From a virus, in IMG/VR virus record IMGVR_UViG_3300047319_000532: DNA of 64,000 nt. The stretch is one strand, 5' to 3'. Both the position numbers and the translations under genes were made by a program. Of the stretch, positions 43,001 to 52,700 are shown one piece after another (within the stretch, counting starts at the first letter, position 1; every line of letters begins with the position of its first letter). The notes beneath the pieces were generated by a model. The model made no database searches, was not told where the DNA came from, and saw nothing but the letters and a program-made list of their open reading frames with translations.

Positions 43001-44404
43001 GCAGTCTACGGGCAGATGGCCGCGAGCAATCGCTGGGCGTTGACGCTTGGCGACACAACGGCTGAAAGCGGCAGCAATCTCGGCTCCAATTACGTCCTGT
43101 CCACCTTCACTGATGCGGGCGCTTTTCTGGGCAACCCGCTCGTTGTCTCGCGCGCGAGCGGCTATGCGTATTTTAATGCAAACGGCGCAACGTCTGCCCT
43201 TTCTTATGACGCCGCTCCGTATGGTCATTCTGCAATCAGAGTGAATAAAGCTGGGTCCGGTAAAACGTCTCAGATAGCTGGGCTGAATAATGGCTTGGTT
43301 CGCTGGGTCGTTGATATGGGTAACGGAAATACAGAAACCGGCACTGGAAATACCGGATCTGATTTCGTCATATCTCGTTGCAATGACGCTGGCGCTGGCC
43401 TTGATTCACCATTACAAATTCTTCGTTCGACTGGAGTTGTAACTTTTGTCAGACCTATAACCATACAGAATTTTGACAACTTAGGTCATCTTCGCCTCGT
43501 TGGTGGAAATTATGGCGCTACCATTCGCAACGATGGCTCGGCTTGTTACCTTTTGCAAACTGCGTCAGGCGACCAGTATGGAGCATTTAACTCCGCCCGC
43601 CCGTTCTCGTGGAACTTGTCCAGCGGTGCTGTGAACATAGACGGCGGCGCTGCTGGAACTACGTTTGGTGGCCCTATAACTACAACAGGTCAAATATTTA
43701 CTAGCGGAAATGTAATTGGCGGCAGTCTTTATGCTTCTAATGGTCAGATTACCACTTATGCCGCTGCGGCAAATGGATTTTATAACCTGTGCGACGGAGC
43801 CGGAAACAACGGCCAAGTGTGTACTATGACCTTTCGCGGCCTTGGGTCGGGGTTCAGCGCGCAAGTCAACTTAGCTCAGATAACATTTGCTGCGGTTGCT
43901 GCTACAGCCAACGGGACGCTAGACGTTCTCGGCGGCGAGAATGGCCGCCAAGGTCCGTATGGAACCCAAGGCCAAGTCAACACCGCTTTCTGGAACGGCG
44001 CTAACCTAGAGTGGCGCATTGGCGGCACCTTCGTTGGTTACGTTCAATTCATCTCCGATTATCGCGTCAAGCAGAATGTGGCGGCGCTGCCGTCGATGTG
44101 GGACCGCATCAAGGCGCTGAATCCGATCAGCTATGAATTGCAAGACTACACGCCGCCGGAAGGCGCGCGCAATATAGCTGGCGGCAGAGACAATCCAAAA
44201 CAGTTGATCGTTGCAGACGGCAAGGAGCGTTGGGGCTTCGTCGCGCATGAGCTTCAAGAGGCGTTGACTGAAGACGCGGCGACCGGCGTCAAGGATGCGC
44301 CGGATATGTTGCAGGCACCTAACCCGTGGACGGTGATCGCGGCGCTGACCAAGGCGCTGCAAGAGGCGATGGCGCGCATCGAGGCGCTGGAGGCAAGAGC
44401 ATGA
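40094..44404 (+). CDS. tail fibre with C-terminal S74 intramolecular chaperone
   Basis: 1436 aa. Three copies of ...SQVFTGTPSLPTGTIGVTQ...TKLATTAFV. Five ~75-aa repeats of the type ...NK.A......G...RW...LG..TAE.G.N.GSDF...R..DAG....PL.I.R..G. C-terminal ISDYRVKQNV...GFVAHELQEA...EAMARIEALE is an S74-type domain. Confidence 0.85.
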   Translation: MTTVVQIPNLPAAISLSGSEMMEVVQAGVSSRATVQQVADVAVAEGAGVYVKKTGDTMTGNLTINDAIPTLFLNSTNAANACSIVGQKLGGFRWKVNIVDSAAETGGNVGSDLNFYRYDDSGNVIGQVLNLRRSDGAVRVNNDFYVMQTSTFESAVLFNGPAVFGDTLTAYSGADVSGGLTADSITTGALTATGTVSGAGFTALLAPYAKINSQVFTGTPSLPTGTIGVTQAPGDSSTKLATTAFVGAATTALGLGTMATQNANNVTITGGTINGTSVGATTPSTGKFTTLAASGVVSGVGFTNLLAPYALVDSQVFTGTPSLPTGTIGVTQLTADSTTKLATTAFVKAQGYATTASLGTMSTQNANSVAITGGAIDGVAIGATTRSSGAFTTLAANGAATFTGSLTASPANANVTFSPTGTGTVTINPATLGHVDNTAIGATTASTGAFTTLSATTSANFTTSGTVTINPTTLGNINNTTIGGTTAAAGTFTNLTATGTVSGAGFTTLLNPYALVNSQVFTGTPSLPTGTIGVTQAAATNNTTLATTAYVKSQNYLTANQSIALTGDVTGSGTTSIASTVVQLQGRPLSASLPASGNLMGWNGTTWGPVAAGAAAAGGTANQIQYNNGGVLGGLPTTGTFAGSNVVMSIAPTLTNSLNITGAASNDSTLVMNKSASLQQCRINAQMGGVSRWQMMLGDTTAEGGSNAGSDFTLSRFTDAGGALDSPLKIIRSTGVATFTQALFSANHTITGAAGNNAAVIVNKAAAGFYSGIDGQTAGSRRWLMMLGNATAEGGSNAGSDFMINRYTDAAGFIDTPLTITRSSGDATFSAGLYVLNSAVTAKQIVINGAALGSVAGNIQTVFAAGSTTTNGEQLRSEVQRKSAGSDWTTAAWQTYRVVDGTKMGYVEYGSQAVKPIAFGVATTELASISSTGVFTAASTLVGTGAVLNAPAATDSVLWLNKPASGRANAVYGQMAASNRWALTLGDTTAESGSNLGSNYVLSTFTDAGAFLGNPLVVSRASGYAYFNANGATSALSYDAAPYGHSAIRVNKAGSGKTSQIAGLNNGLVRWVVDMGNGNTETGTGNTGSDFVISRCNDAGAGLDSPLQILRSTGVVTFVRPITIQNFDNLGHLRLVGGNYGATIRNDGSACYLLQTASGDQYGAFNSARPFSWNLSSGAVNIDGGAAGTTFGGPITTTGQIFTSGNVIGGSLYASNGQITTYAAAANGFYNLCDGAGNNGQVCTMTFRGLGSGFSAQVNLAQITFAAVAATANGTLDVLGGENGRQGPYGTQGQVNTAFWNGANLEWRIGGTFVGYVQFISDYRVKQNVAALPSMWDRIKALNPISYELQDYTPPEGARNIAGGRDNPKQLIVADGKERWGFVAHELQEALTEDAATGVKDAPDMLQAPNPWTVIAALTKALQEAMARIEALEARA

Positions 44405-45006
44405 CGATCGACCGCGAATATTTTTTCGACACCGTCCGCGACGAGCTGTTCAGCGGCGGGATGGCGCAGTCTCAAGTGGACGGCATGAACAATCTGCTGA
44501 ACATCTGGGAGGCCGACTATGCCGCCGCCAATCCGCGTGACGGCAAGATGTGGCTGTCCTACGGGCTGGCGACCGTGTACCACGAGAGCGCGCAGACCAT
44601 GCAGCCCATCGAGGAATACGGCAAGGGTGAGGGCCACAGCTACGCTGACCCGACCGGCCCTTATGGCCAGTCCTATTATGGGCGCGGCCATGTCCAGCTG
44701 ACGTGGTATGACAATTATGTCAAAGGCGAGGAAGTCTTCAAAACCAAGTTCGATCGCATTGTGCCGATGGTCAAATATCCGCATCGCATGCTCGAGGAAG
44801 AGACGTCGGCGGTGATCCTGTTCGAAGGCATGATCGATGGCTGGTTCACCGGCGTCGGCCTGCCTGATTATTTCAGCGATGCGAACGAGGAGGAAGACCC
44901 CTACAACGCTCGCAAGATCATCAACGGGCTCGACAGGGCTGAGACCATCGAGGGCTATTACTGGCAGTTCAAAGGGGCGATTCGAAATGCGGAGAGCGGT
45001 GTTTAA
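44401..45006 (+). CDS. GH19 (chitinase-like) endolysin
   Basis: ATG 44401 (ATGA overlap). LATVYHESAQTMQPIEEYG and YYGRGHVQLTWYDNY are the GH19 catalytic blocks. Confidence 0.8.
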   Translation: MTIDREYFFDTVRDELFSGGMAQSQVDGMNNLLNIWEADYAAANPRDGKMWLSYGLATVYHESAQTMQPIEEYGKGEGHSYADPTGPYGQSYYGRGHVQLTWYDNYVKGEEVFKTKFDRIVPMVKYPHRMLEEETSAVILFEGMIDGWFTGVGLPDYFSDANEEEDPYNARKIINGLDRAETIEGYYWQFKGAIRNAESGV

Positions 45007-45211
45007 TGGATCGGTCATTGTCGCCGTCCTGACTGCCGCCGCCAACGGCTCCATCGAGTGGCCGGGGGTTCTCGTCACGCCTGAACATATCGTGCAGATC
45101 CAGAAAGTGCTGGTCGCCGCTCTAAGCATTTGGGCAGTCGCATTGCCCTTTATCTTAAAGGCGAGCAATAATATTGACGATGCTGCCGCTAAGAGGAAGC
45201 TGCCGCCATGA
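44987..45211 (+). CDS. holin-like two-TM protein
   Basis: ATG 44987 inside track ORF 44837..45211. 74 aa, two hydrophobic segments and a charged C-terminus. Overlaps the endolysin 3' end. Confidence 0.45.
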   Translation: MRRAVFNGSVIVAVLTAAANGSIEWPGVLVTPEHIVQIQKVLVAALSIWAVALPFILKASNNIDDAAAKRKLPP

Positions 45212-45990
45212 CCACGACGCCCGGCGTAACGCCGCTCTCCTATGACAGCTACATCCAGAACTTGGCTGTCCTCGCCGTGATCAACATTGACACGTCGAGC
45301 GGCTCAACACGTTCGGTCGATCCAAACTTCAACGCCCTCATCCCGCAGATGCTCAATTACGCCGAGCTGCGGATCCAGCGCGACCTCGACCTGATGCCGC
45401 TGCAGACCACCAATGACAGCTATCTCATGCAAGCGGGCAATAACATCCTGCCGATTTCAGTGAATGATTTCGTCGCGGTGCAGAATATTCTGGTGGTCAG
45501 CGGGACGCGCAAAAAGCGCCTGCTGCCGGTCTCTAAGGAGTTTATTCAAGAGGTTTACCCGGACAGCGACGCCAAGGGCATGCCGAAATTCTTTGCTCCT
45601 TATGGCGGCGACCCGGTGACCAGCGGCAACACGTGGATGAATTTCCTCATCGGTCCCAACCCGGACATCAACTACTCACTGTCGATCGTGGGCTCGACGC
45701 GCATGAACAGTCTGGCTTGGTACGCCAATACGTCGCAATCGGCGACCGGCACCACATTCATTTCGACCTTCCTGCCTGACCTGCTGCTGATGGCCAGCAT
45801 GGTTTATATTTCGGGATACCAGCGCAATTTCAGCGCCGCCAGTGACGACCCCAATATGGCGGTCAATTACGAGAAGCAATACCAGACGCTGCTGAAAGGC
45901 GCGATGGTCGAGGAGGCGCGCAAACGCTTCCGGGCGTCGGCATGGTCTTCCGAGCCGCCTGCGCCAGTCGCCTCGCCGGTGAGGGCCTAA
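45208..45990 (+). CDS. tail adaptor / tubular protein A-like (by position)
   Basis: 260 aa, ATGA overlap. Immediately precedes a ~700-aa nozzle-sized protein, as in T7-type tails. Confidence 0.55.
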   Translation: MTTTPGVTPLSYDSYIQNLAVLAVINIDTSSGSTRSVDPNFNALIPQMLNYAELRIQRDLDLMPLQTTNDSYLMQAGNNILPISVNDFVAVQNILVVSGTRKKRLLPVSKEFIQEVYPDSDAKGMPKFFAPYGGDPVTSGNTWMNFLIGPNPDINYSLSIVGSTRMNSLAWYANTSQSATGTTFISTFLPDLLLMASMVYISGYQRNFSAASDDPNMAVNYEKQYQTLLKGAMVEEARKRFRASAWSSEPPAPVASPVRA

Positions 45991-45992
45991 AC

Positions 45993-48119
45993 ATGCCGCA
46001 CCAGACTTTCAAGATCAAACCCGGCGTCGAAGTCAATGAAACGCCTGTCCTCAATCAGTCAGGCATTTCCGACTGCCAGCTGATCCGGTTCAAATTTGAT
46101 TCTCAGGGTGGCGGGCTGGTCGAGAAACTCGGCGGCTGGACACGTTACGCCCCGCCGATCCAGATCCCGTCCCCACCACGCGCCATGTGGGCGTGGGAGG
46201 ATCTTGACGCCGATTCATGGTTTGTGGTGGGCATGGAATCCTATTCGCCGCCGCTCACCGGCCCGTCTGGCCTCGTCACTTATTCTGCAACTGAGGAGGC
46301 GGGCGAGGGTGGCCCCTTCGACATCACGCCGCTCTATCTGGGCGACGACAGCACGGTCAATTTTGCGACCACGGCTGGCAGTCCCATTGTCACGATCATC
46401 GACTCCAACACGCCAGCTTTAACCATCTATGACACGGTCTACATTACGGAGCAGGTCGCGATCGGCGGCATTGTCCTGTTTGGCCAATATCCGATCTACG
46501 CTTTTATCACTGCTGGCAAATTTCAGATCATAGCCAAGAACCTGCTCGGCGCGCCGAATCCGGCGATCACGACGGTGGCCGCGCCGGGCGGCGCTGTTCC
46601 TTCCATCACCACGACAGCGGCCACGGCCTATGCCGCCGTGCATCTGGCGGCGCATGGCTATGCGGTTGGAAACACGTTTACGGTCCTCGTCGCCACCACG
46701 GTCGGCGGCGTGGTTCTGTTTGGCGACTACACCATCTATTCGGTGCAAGGCGTCAATGACTTCACGATCGCCATCCCGACGACAGCGGCCACCACGCAGA
46801 CGGCGTCGATCAATGGCGGCAATATCAGGTTGATTTACAACATTGGCGGCACTCCAGCCACTAGCGCGACCGGCTACGGCGTTGGCCCCTTTGGCGGCGG
46901 CGGCTACGGCACTGGCGTGACCGTTCCGGTCAATCCCGGCAGCAAGGTCAACGCGACAGACTGGGCGCTCGACAACTGGGGGCAGACGCTGTTGGTTTGC
47001 CCGGAAAATTCGGCGGTGCTGGGCATCCCGGTGTCCGGCATTTATGAGTGGACGCCGGACGGCGGTCAGGCGTTGGCGACGCTTATTCCGCAAGCACCGC
47101 CGGTCAACGATGGTTTTTTTCTCGCCATGCCGCAGCGTCAGGTTGTCGCATGGGGCTCGACCTTCACTGGCATCCAAGATCCGCTGCTGATCCGTTGGTG
47201 CGACGTGAATGACTACAACGACTGGACCGCCACCATCACCAATCAGGCCGGATCCTATCGCATCCCCAAGGGCTCCAAGATCGTCGCCTGCCTGCAAAGC
47301 TCGCAACAGGCGCTCATCTGGACCGACATCGCCGTGTGGTCGATGCAGTATATTTCGCAGCCATACATCTACGGCTTCAACGAGATTTCGACCGGCTGCG
47401 GGCTGATCGCTCAGAAGGCTTGCGGCACGCTGTTTGGCGTCACTTACTGGATGAGTCAATCGCAGTTTTTCAAGCTGGGCGCTGGGGGCGTCGAGCCTAT
47501 GCCCTGTCCGATCTGGGACGTGATTTTTCAGAACCTGAACAAGGCGCAGACCGACAAGATCCGCTTTGCGCCCAATTCACAGTTCAATGAGGTGGCGTGG
47601 TATTACCCGTCAAAAAACAGCGCCGAGAATGACTCCTATGTCAAATACAACACGCTGCTCAATGCGTGGGATTTTGGCTCGCTGCCGCGCTCGGCGTGGA
47701 TCAACCAGAGCGTGCTCGGGCCGCCGATCGGCGCAGATCCGAAGGCGCTGGTCCTCTATCAGCATGAGACCTCGCCGGACGCCGCCGGTCAGCCGTTGGT
47801 GTCATGGTTCAAGACCGGCTTCTTTGCGCTCTCCGACGCCGATCTGAAGACCTTTATCGACGAAGTCTGGCCCGACATGAAGTGGGGCTATTATGGCTCC
47901 CAGCCCAGCGCCACGGTCAAACTCAGCTTTGGCGTCAAGGATTTCCCGAGCCAGCAGCCTTACATCATCGGGCCTTTCAACCTGACGCAAAGCACAGATT
48001 TCATCTCGCCGCGCGTTCGCGGTCGGCTGGTTCAAATAACTCTCCTCAGTAATGATCTTGGCACTTTTTGGCGAACAGGCGGCTTGCGTTACAGAGGAGC
48101 GCCAGATGGCCGGTATTAG
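45993..48119 (+). CDS. tail nozzle / tubular protein B-like (by position and size)
   Basis: ATG 45993 inside track ORF 45942..48119, 708 aa. Confidence 0.6.
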   Translation: MPHQTFKIKPGVEVNETPVLNQSGISDCQLIRFKFDSQGGGLVEKLGGWTRYAPPIQIPSPPRAMWAWEDLDADSWFVVGMESYSPPLTGPSGLVTYSATEEAGEGGPFDITPLYLGDDSTVNFATTAGSPIVTIIDSNTPALTIYDTVYITEQVAIGGIVLFGQYPIYAFITAGKFQIIAKNLLGAPNPAITTVAAPGGAVPSITTTAATAYAAVHLAAHGYAVGNTFTVLVATTVGGVVLFGDYTIYSVQGVNDFTIAIPTTAATTQTASINGGNIRLIYNIGGTPATSATGYGVGPFGGGGYGTGVTVPVNPGSKVNATDWALDNWGQTLLVCPENSAVLGIPVSGIYEWTPDGGQALATLIPQAPPVNDGFFLAMPQRQVVAWGSTFTGIQDPLLIRWCDVNDYNDWTATITNQAGSYRIPKGSKIVACLQSSQQALIWTDIAVWSMQYISQPYIYGFNEISTGCGLIAQKACGTLFGVTYWMSQSQFFKLGAGGVEPMPCPIWDVIFQNLNKAQTDKIRFAPNSQFNEVAWYYPSKNSAENDSYVKYNTLLNAWDFGSLPRSAWINQSVLGPPIGADPKALVLYQHETSPDAAGQPLVSWFKTGFFALSDADLKTFIDEVWPDMKWGYYGSQPSATVKLSFGVKDFPSQQPYIIGPFNLTQSTDFISPRVRGRLVQITLLSNDLGTFWRTGGLRYRGAPDGRY

Positions 48120-48204
48120 CGCAAAAATCTGGTTCGACCTTGTTCTGCTCACAGTGATTTGCGTCCTGCTTTTGGTCCTGATCAATCGCGGCATGAGAGG
48201 CTGA
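48106..48204 (+). CDS. tiny membrane peptide (32 aa)
   Basis: Hand-read MAGISAKIWFDLVLLTVICVLLLVLINRGMRG, RBS agaggag. Confidence 0.4.
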   Translation: MAGISAKIWFDLVLLTVICVLLLVLINRGMRG

Positions 48205-48207
48205 TCG

Positions 48208-48585
48208 ATGACGTCGTCAATGAATGATCTGCTCACGGTCGCCAAGAATATCGTCACGGCGATCAACGACCAATCGCGCCAGACCCTGCTGATCGCCGGT
48301 TCGCAGGTAGCAGAAGCTTTGGCTGGTCCTGCGCTCATAGCATCCGGGTCTGGCCGCCTGTGCGTCGTAAGCGTGATCAACGCGGGAAGCACTCCCGGCT
48401 ACTTTTATGATCGCGCCGACGCCCTAACTTTTCCAAATTCTCAGCTGCTCTACACAATTCCAGCAACGGTTGGCGTGTATCGGGTGGACCTTCCATTTAA
48501 TCTTGGTCTAGCCGTCAACCCCGGCACTGGCTGCATCGTGACTACCAGCTACTCTATCGGCAACGTCGCAAGGGGAGGCCAGTGA
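48208..48585 (+). CDS. hypothetical virion-module protein
   Basis: 125 aa. Confidence 0.6.
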   Translation: MTSSMNDLLTVAKNIVTAINDQSRQTLLIAGSQVAEALAGPALIASGSGRLCVVSVINAGSTPGYFYDRADALTFPNSQLLYTIPATVGVYRVDLPFNLGLAVNPGTGCIVTTSYSIGNVARGGQ

Positions 48586-49274
48586 TGCCCCTCATCAAAT
48601 CAGCCAGCAAAGCGGCGATTTCGAACAATATCTCTGAAATGATCAAGGCCGGGCATCCGCGCAATCAGGCGATCGCCGCGGCCATGGACACTGCGCGCCG
48701 GGCGCATCGAGCGCCGGGCGGAGGCTTTCCAGCGTCAATCCCTCCGCCGAAGGATCTGCCAGCTCCGCCCAGCGGGCTGCTCGGCGGCCAAGCGAAGATC
48801 CACACTGGCCCGATCCACAGCGCGGTCGCTGGCCGCACCGATCACCTGCCGGTCCATGTGCCATCGGGCAGCTACGTCATCCCGGCAGACATCGTCTCCG
48901 GCATCGGCGAGGGCAACACCATGGCCGGGTTCAAGAACCTGAAGCAGGTTTTCGCCGGGCTTCCTCGAGGCGCTGGCGCGGCCCCTTATGATCACAAGGG
49001 AGGCCCCTATGGGGCGGGAAGCAGTCCTTACAACCGCGACGTGGGAAAGCCTTATGGCGCGACAATGCCCGGCCACGCCGCCGGAGGCAAAACCGGCTCC
49101 GATGTCAAAGTTGTGGTGGCGGGCGGCGAATACACGCTCACGCCTGAAGAGGTGCAAGCGGTAGGCGATGGCGATATGGAGCGCGGCCACCGCGTGCTTG
49201 ACGACTTTGTGAAACAATATCGCGCCCATACTATCAAGACTTTGAGCAAGCTCCCGGGGCCTCGCCATGACTGA
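48582..49274 (+). CDS. internal virion protein candidate
   Basis: 230 aa. N-terminal SASKAAISNNISEMIKAGHPRNQAIAAAM motif, also HAAGGKT. Confidence 0.6.
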   Translation: MMPLIKSASKAAISNNISEMIKAGHPRNQAIAAAMDTARRAHRAPGGGFPASIPPPKDLPAPPSGLLGGQAKIHTGPIHSAVAGRTDHLPVHVPSGSYVIPADIVSGIGEGNTMAGFKNLKQVFAGLPRGAGAAPYDHKGGPYGAGSSPYNRDVGKPYGATMPGHAAGGKTGSDVKVVVAGGEYTLTPEEVQAVGDGDMERGHRVLDDFVKQYRAHTIKTLSKLPGPRHD

Positions 49275-49758
49275 GGATGTGAAAGTTCGTTTCGGCGTGC
49301 CAGATGACGTCCACAACTTCATGGACCTCACCTTCATGTGCGCGGAAGAAAACGGCCTGCTGTCGATGAGCACTCCGAAGGTGCTCAAGGAGGTGTGGGC
49401 CAGCCTCAACAATGATCACGGTCTCATAGGCGTGATCGAGAGCAGCGAAGGCGTGCTCGAGGCGGGCATCCTGTTGCGCGTTGACACCATGCCATACAGC
49501 GAAGACCCAGTCATATGCGAGCGTGCGATCTTCGTCAGACCGGAGTTTCGCGCCGCCAAGGGCGGGCGCGCCAGTCGGCTGTGTGAATTTGCCAAAGTCG
49601 TCTCGGACAAGCTGGAGATGCCGCTGCTAATCGGTGTTTTGTCAACGCATCGCGCTGCTGGTAAGGTGCGTCTATACGAGCGTCATTTTGGAAAGCCAGC
49701 CGGAGCCTACTGGCTATACGGGGCCAACACTGGCCCAGAACAAGAAGCGGCGGAGTAG
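49267..49758 (+). CDS. GNAT-like N-acetyltransferase
   Basis: 163 aa. ERAIFVRPEFRAAKGGRASRLCEFAKV resembles the acetyl-CoA binding motif A. Confidence 0.55.
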   Translation: MTEDVKVRFGVPDDVHNFMDLTFMCAEENGLLSMSTPKVLKEVWASLNNDHGLIGVIESSEGVLEAGILLRVDTMPYSEDPVICERAIFVRPEFRAAKGGRASRLCEFAKVVSDKLEMPLLIGVLSTHRAAGKVRLYERHFGKPAGAYWLYGANTGPEQEAAE

Positions 49759-49762
49759 GGCG

Positions 49763-52700
49763 ATGGGAGGCAAGTCACAGACTTCGTCGCAGCAAGTCAC
49801 GATACCGCCAGAGGTGCTGGCCCGCTACAATGCGGTCAACGCCAACGCGCAGCAGGTCTCGCAGACGCCGTTCCAGCAATATTCGAGCGACCCCAACGCC
49901 TTTGTCGCGCCGCTGACGGCGGCGCAAAATCAAGGATTGCAGGCGACTTCAGATTACGCCAACGCGGCCCAGCCGGGCGTACAATCGGCCATGGGCATGA
50001 CGCAGGGCGCGATGGGCGCGGCCAACCCGAGCGATCTGAACGCCGACGCCATCAACAAATATATGAATCCCTACACTCAGAACGTCACCAACCAGATGAC
50101 GCAGCTGATGAATCAGCAGAATCAGGTGGCGCAATCCGGCCAGATGGGCAACGCCATCAAGAGCGGCGCGTTCGGCGGCGATCGTTCCGGGCTGGCGGCG
50201 ATGAACCTCGCCGGGCAGCAGTCGCTGGCCTACGGCAACGCTATGGCTCCAGTCCTCCAGCAGGGCTACAACACCGCGCTTTCAACCGCCCAGCAGCAGC
50301 AGGGCGTCGATCTGCAGGCCCAGCAGGCCAACCTACAGCGTCAGATGGCTGGCGCGAGCCAGTACGGCCAGCTGGCTGGCATGGGGCAGCAATATGGCCT
50401 CGCAGGCGCGCAGGCTTTGATGGGGGCCGGGCAGGTCCAGCAGCAGACGCAGCAGGCGGGCAACACCGCGCTCTACAACCAATTCCTGCAGCAGCAGTCC
50501 TATCCGTTCCAGACCGCGCAATTCCTCGCCAACATCGCCGAAGGCACCGGCGCGCTGTCCGGCCAGACCACGACATCGACCCAGCCCTCGAGCTTTTTCT
50601 CCGATCGTCGCCTCAAGGAAAACGTCAAGCGCATCGGCACCGCCAAGAACGGTCTGCCGATCCATAGCTTCAACTACAAGGATGATCCCGACAAACTCAC
50701 CCGGCTCGGCTTCATGGCTGACGAGGTGGAGAAGAAACACCCGGAGGCGGTCGGCCTCGCAGGCGGCTACAAGACGGTCGATTATGGCCGGGCGGCGCGC
50801 GCCAGCGGCGGCGGCACGGTGACCGATTTCGATCATGGCCGCGGCTTCGACCTCGGCGGCGGCATCGGCTCCATGTATGACCCGAGCTGGTCTGGCATCG
50901 ACACAAAAGAAGCAAACGTCCTTGGTCATGCAGGATCTGCCGCTGCGCCGGGGCTCGATCCTTACACTGCCGCCAATCGTCACGTCCCCAAGCAATCGAC
51001 TGCAGCTCCGACACATCGCATGCTGACGCCCGGCACGATGCCGCAGCAACAGAAGAGCGGATTGCAGCAGGCCGCCGGTCTCGTGCAGAGCGGCCTTGGC
51101 ATGTACAAAGATGTCAAGGGCATGGCGGGCGACGCCAAGAGCGCATACCACGATGCGACTGGAGGCGGCGGAGAAGCTCCTGCAGCTGGTCATGCGGCCC
51201 CTGCAGCGGGCGGCAGCGGTGACAATCCTTTTAGCGTCAAGTCTGCTGAACCGGCTGCGCCTGCTGCTCCGGCAGCTGCGGCTCCGGCAGCTCCAGTGCA
51301 TGAGGGCGCGCTCGAGACTGCTGCGCCAGAAACGAAAGTTACGGAGCTGCTCCCTCAAGACGTTCCTGACGTCAGCGGGTTGGCAGGCGCAATTCCCGAT
51401 GTTGGCTTTGGCGCGCGCGGCGGTCGCATCGGGCGTGACATGGGTGGCGGTCTGGCCGCATCCATGCCTCCGCCCATGATGCCCGAGACCAGTCAAGCGA
51501 GCATGATGCAGAACGAGGCCAAGATGCGGCAGAGCACGCCGCCGACATGGAACGGTCCCTTTGCGCATGGCGGTCTGGCCGATGGCGGCCAGCCTGCGCC
51601 TGTCGTCACTGGCGCGCCGACCCACGGGCCGGACGTCGTGTCGCCCACCGCTGACTACCTGAAGGGGCTCGGCGAGGCGCAGGAGGCCCAGCAGCGCGCC
51701 AACGATGTGCAGGAGAAACAGCACGCCGTCCAGCAGGCCAATCCGTTCATGTACTCGCCCGATCTGTCGCCGTTCGGCCAGATGATGAACGCGCGCGGCT
51801 TGATGCAGGCTTCGCAGGCGCAGGGCCAAGAGGGCATGTACAGCCCGTCTTACAACGGGAAGCCGCTTGGCTTTGTGCGCGGCGGTCTGGCTGGAGGAGG
51901 AGAAGGAGGAGGCGATGTGCCGTACCAAGACACTGGCGGCCTCGACATTCCCGACGACAAAAGCTGGCAGCAGGACAAATCCGAACAGAAGTCAATGGAG
52001 CCCGCGCCACAGAAGAGCGGTGACAGTGGCGGCGGCGGCGGCGCGATGGGTGCGCTGGGCTCGATCGCCGGTGTGATAGGCAAGATCGCGCCGCTGTTCA
52101 TGCTGGCCAAAGGCGGCGGCGTGCAGGATGGCGACGAAATTCCGATGGGCGCGGTTCAGCGCGAAGACGATGACGATCTTCCGCTGCTCGAGCGCGAAGG
52201 CGGCCTGCTGCCGAAAGAAAATGCGCCGCTGCCTCCCGAGCGCCCGGCTGGTCTTGGCCACGCGCTGCCCGATCACTTCGCAGAGCCCGATCGCTTTGCG
52301 CCTGCGGGCGAACATAGCAGGAGCATGGCCCCGGAAGGCTTCACGCCGAACGGACCAGACAATCCGCTGCCCGAGCCTTTCGATCGTGCGAAACGGTTCA
52401 CGCTTGAAGACACGCACTCGAGGGACATGGCCCCGGAAGGCTTCACGCCGAACAAGCCAGATAATCCGTTGCCCGAGCCCTTTGCAGCTGGTCTTGCAGG
52501 AGACCGCACGGCCATGGCTGACGCCTTGCGTGGCGATAATTCTGTTGCAGCCATGGCTCCTGACAATTTCACGCCCGGCAGGCCGCCGTCGCCACTTGAT
52601 CGGAGCGAACTTGAGGGTAGCCCGTTTGCGGGCTACGAGAAGGGGTTGGGAGCCGATCCGCTGAAGGCAGACCTTCAACAGAACCCGCCGCGCGTCATGC

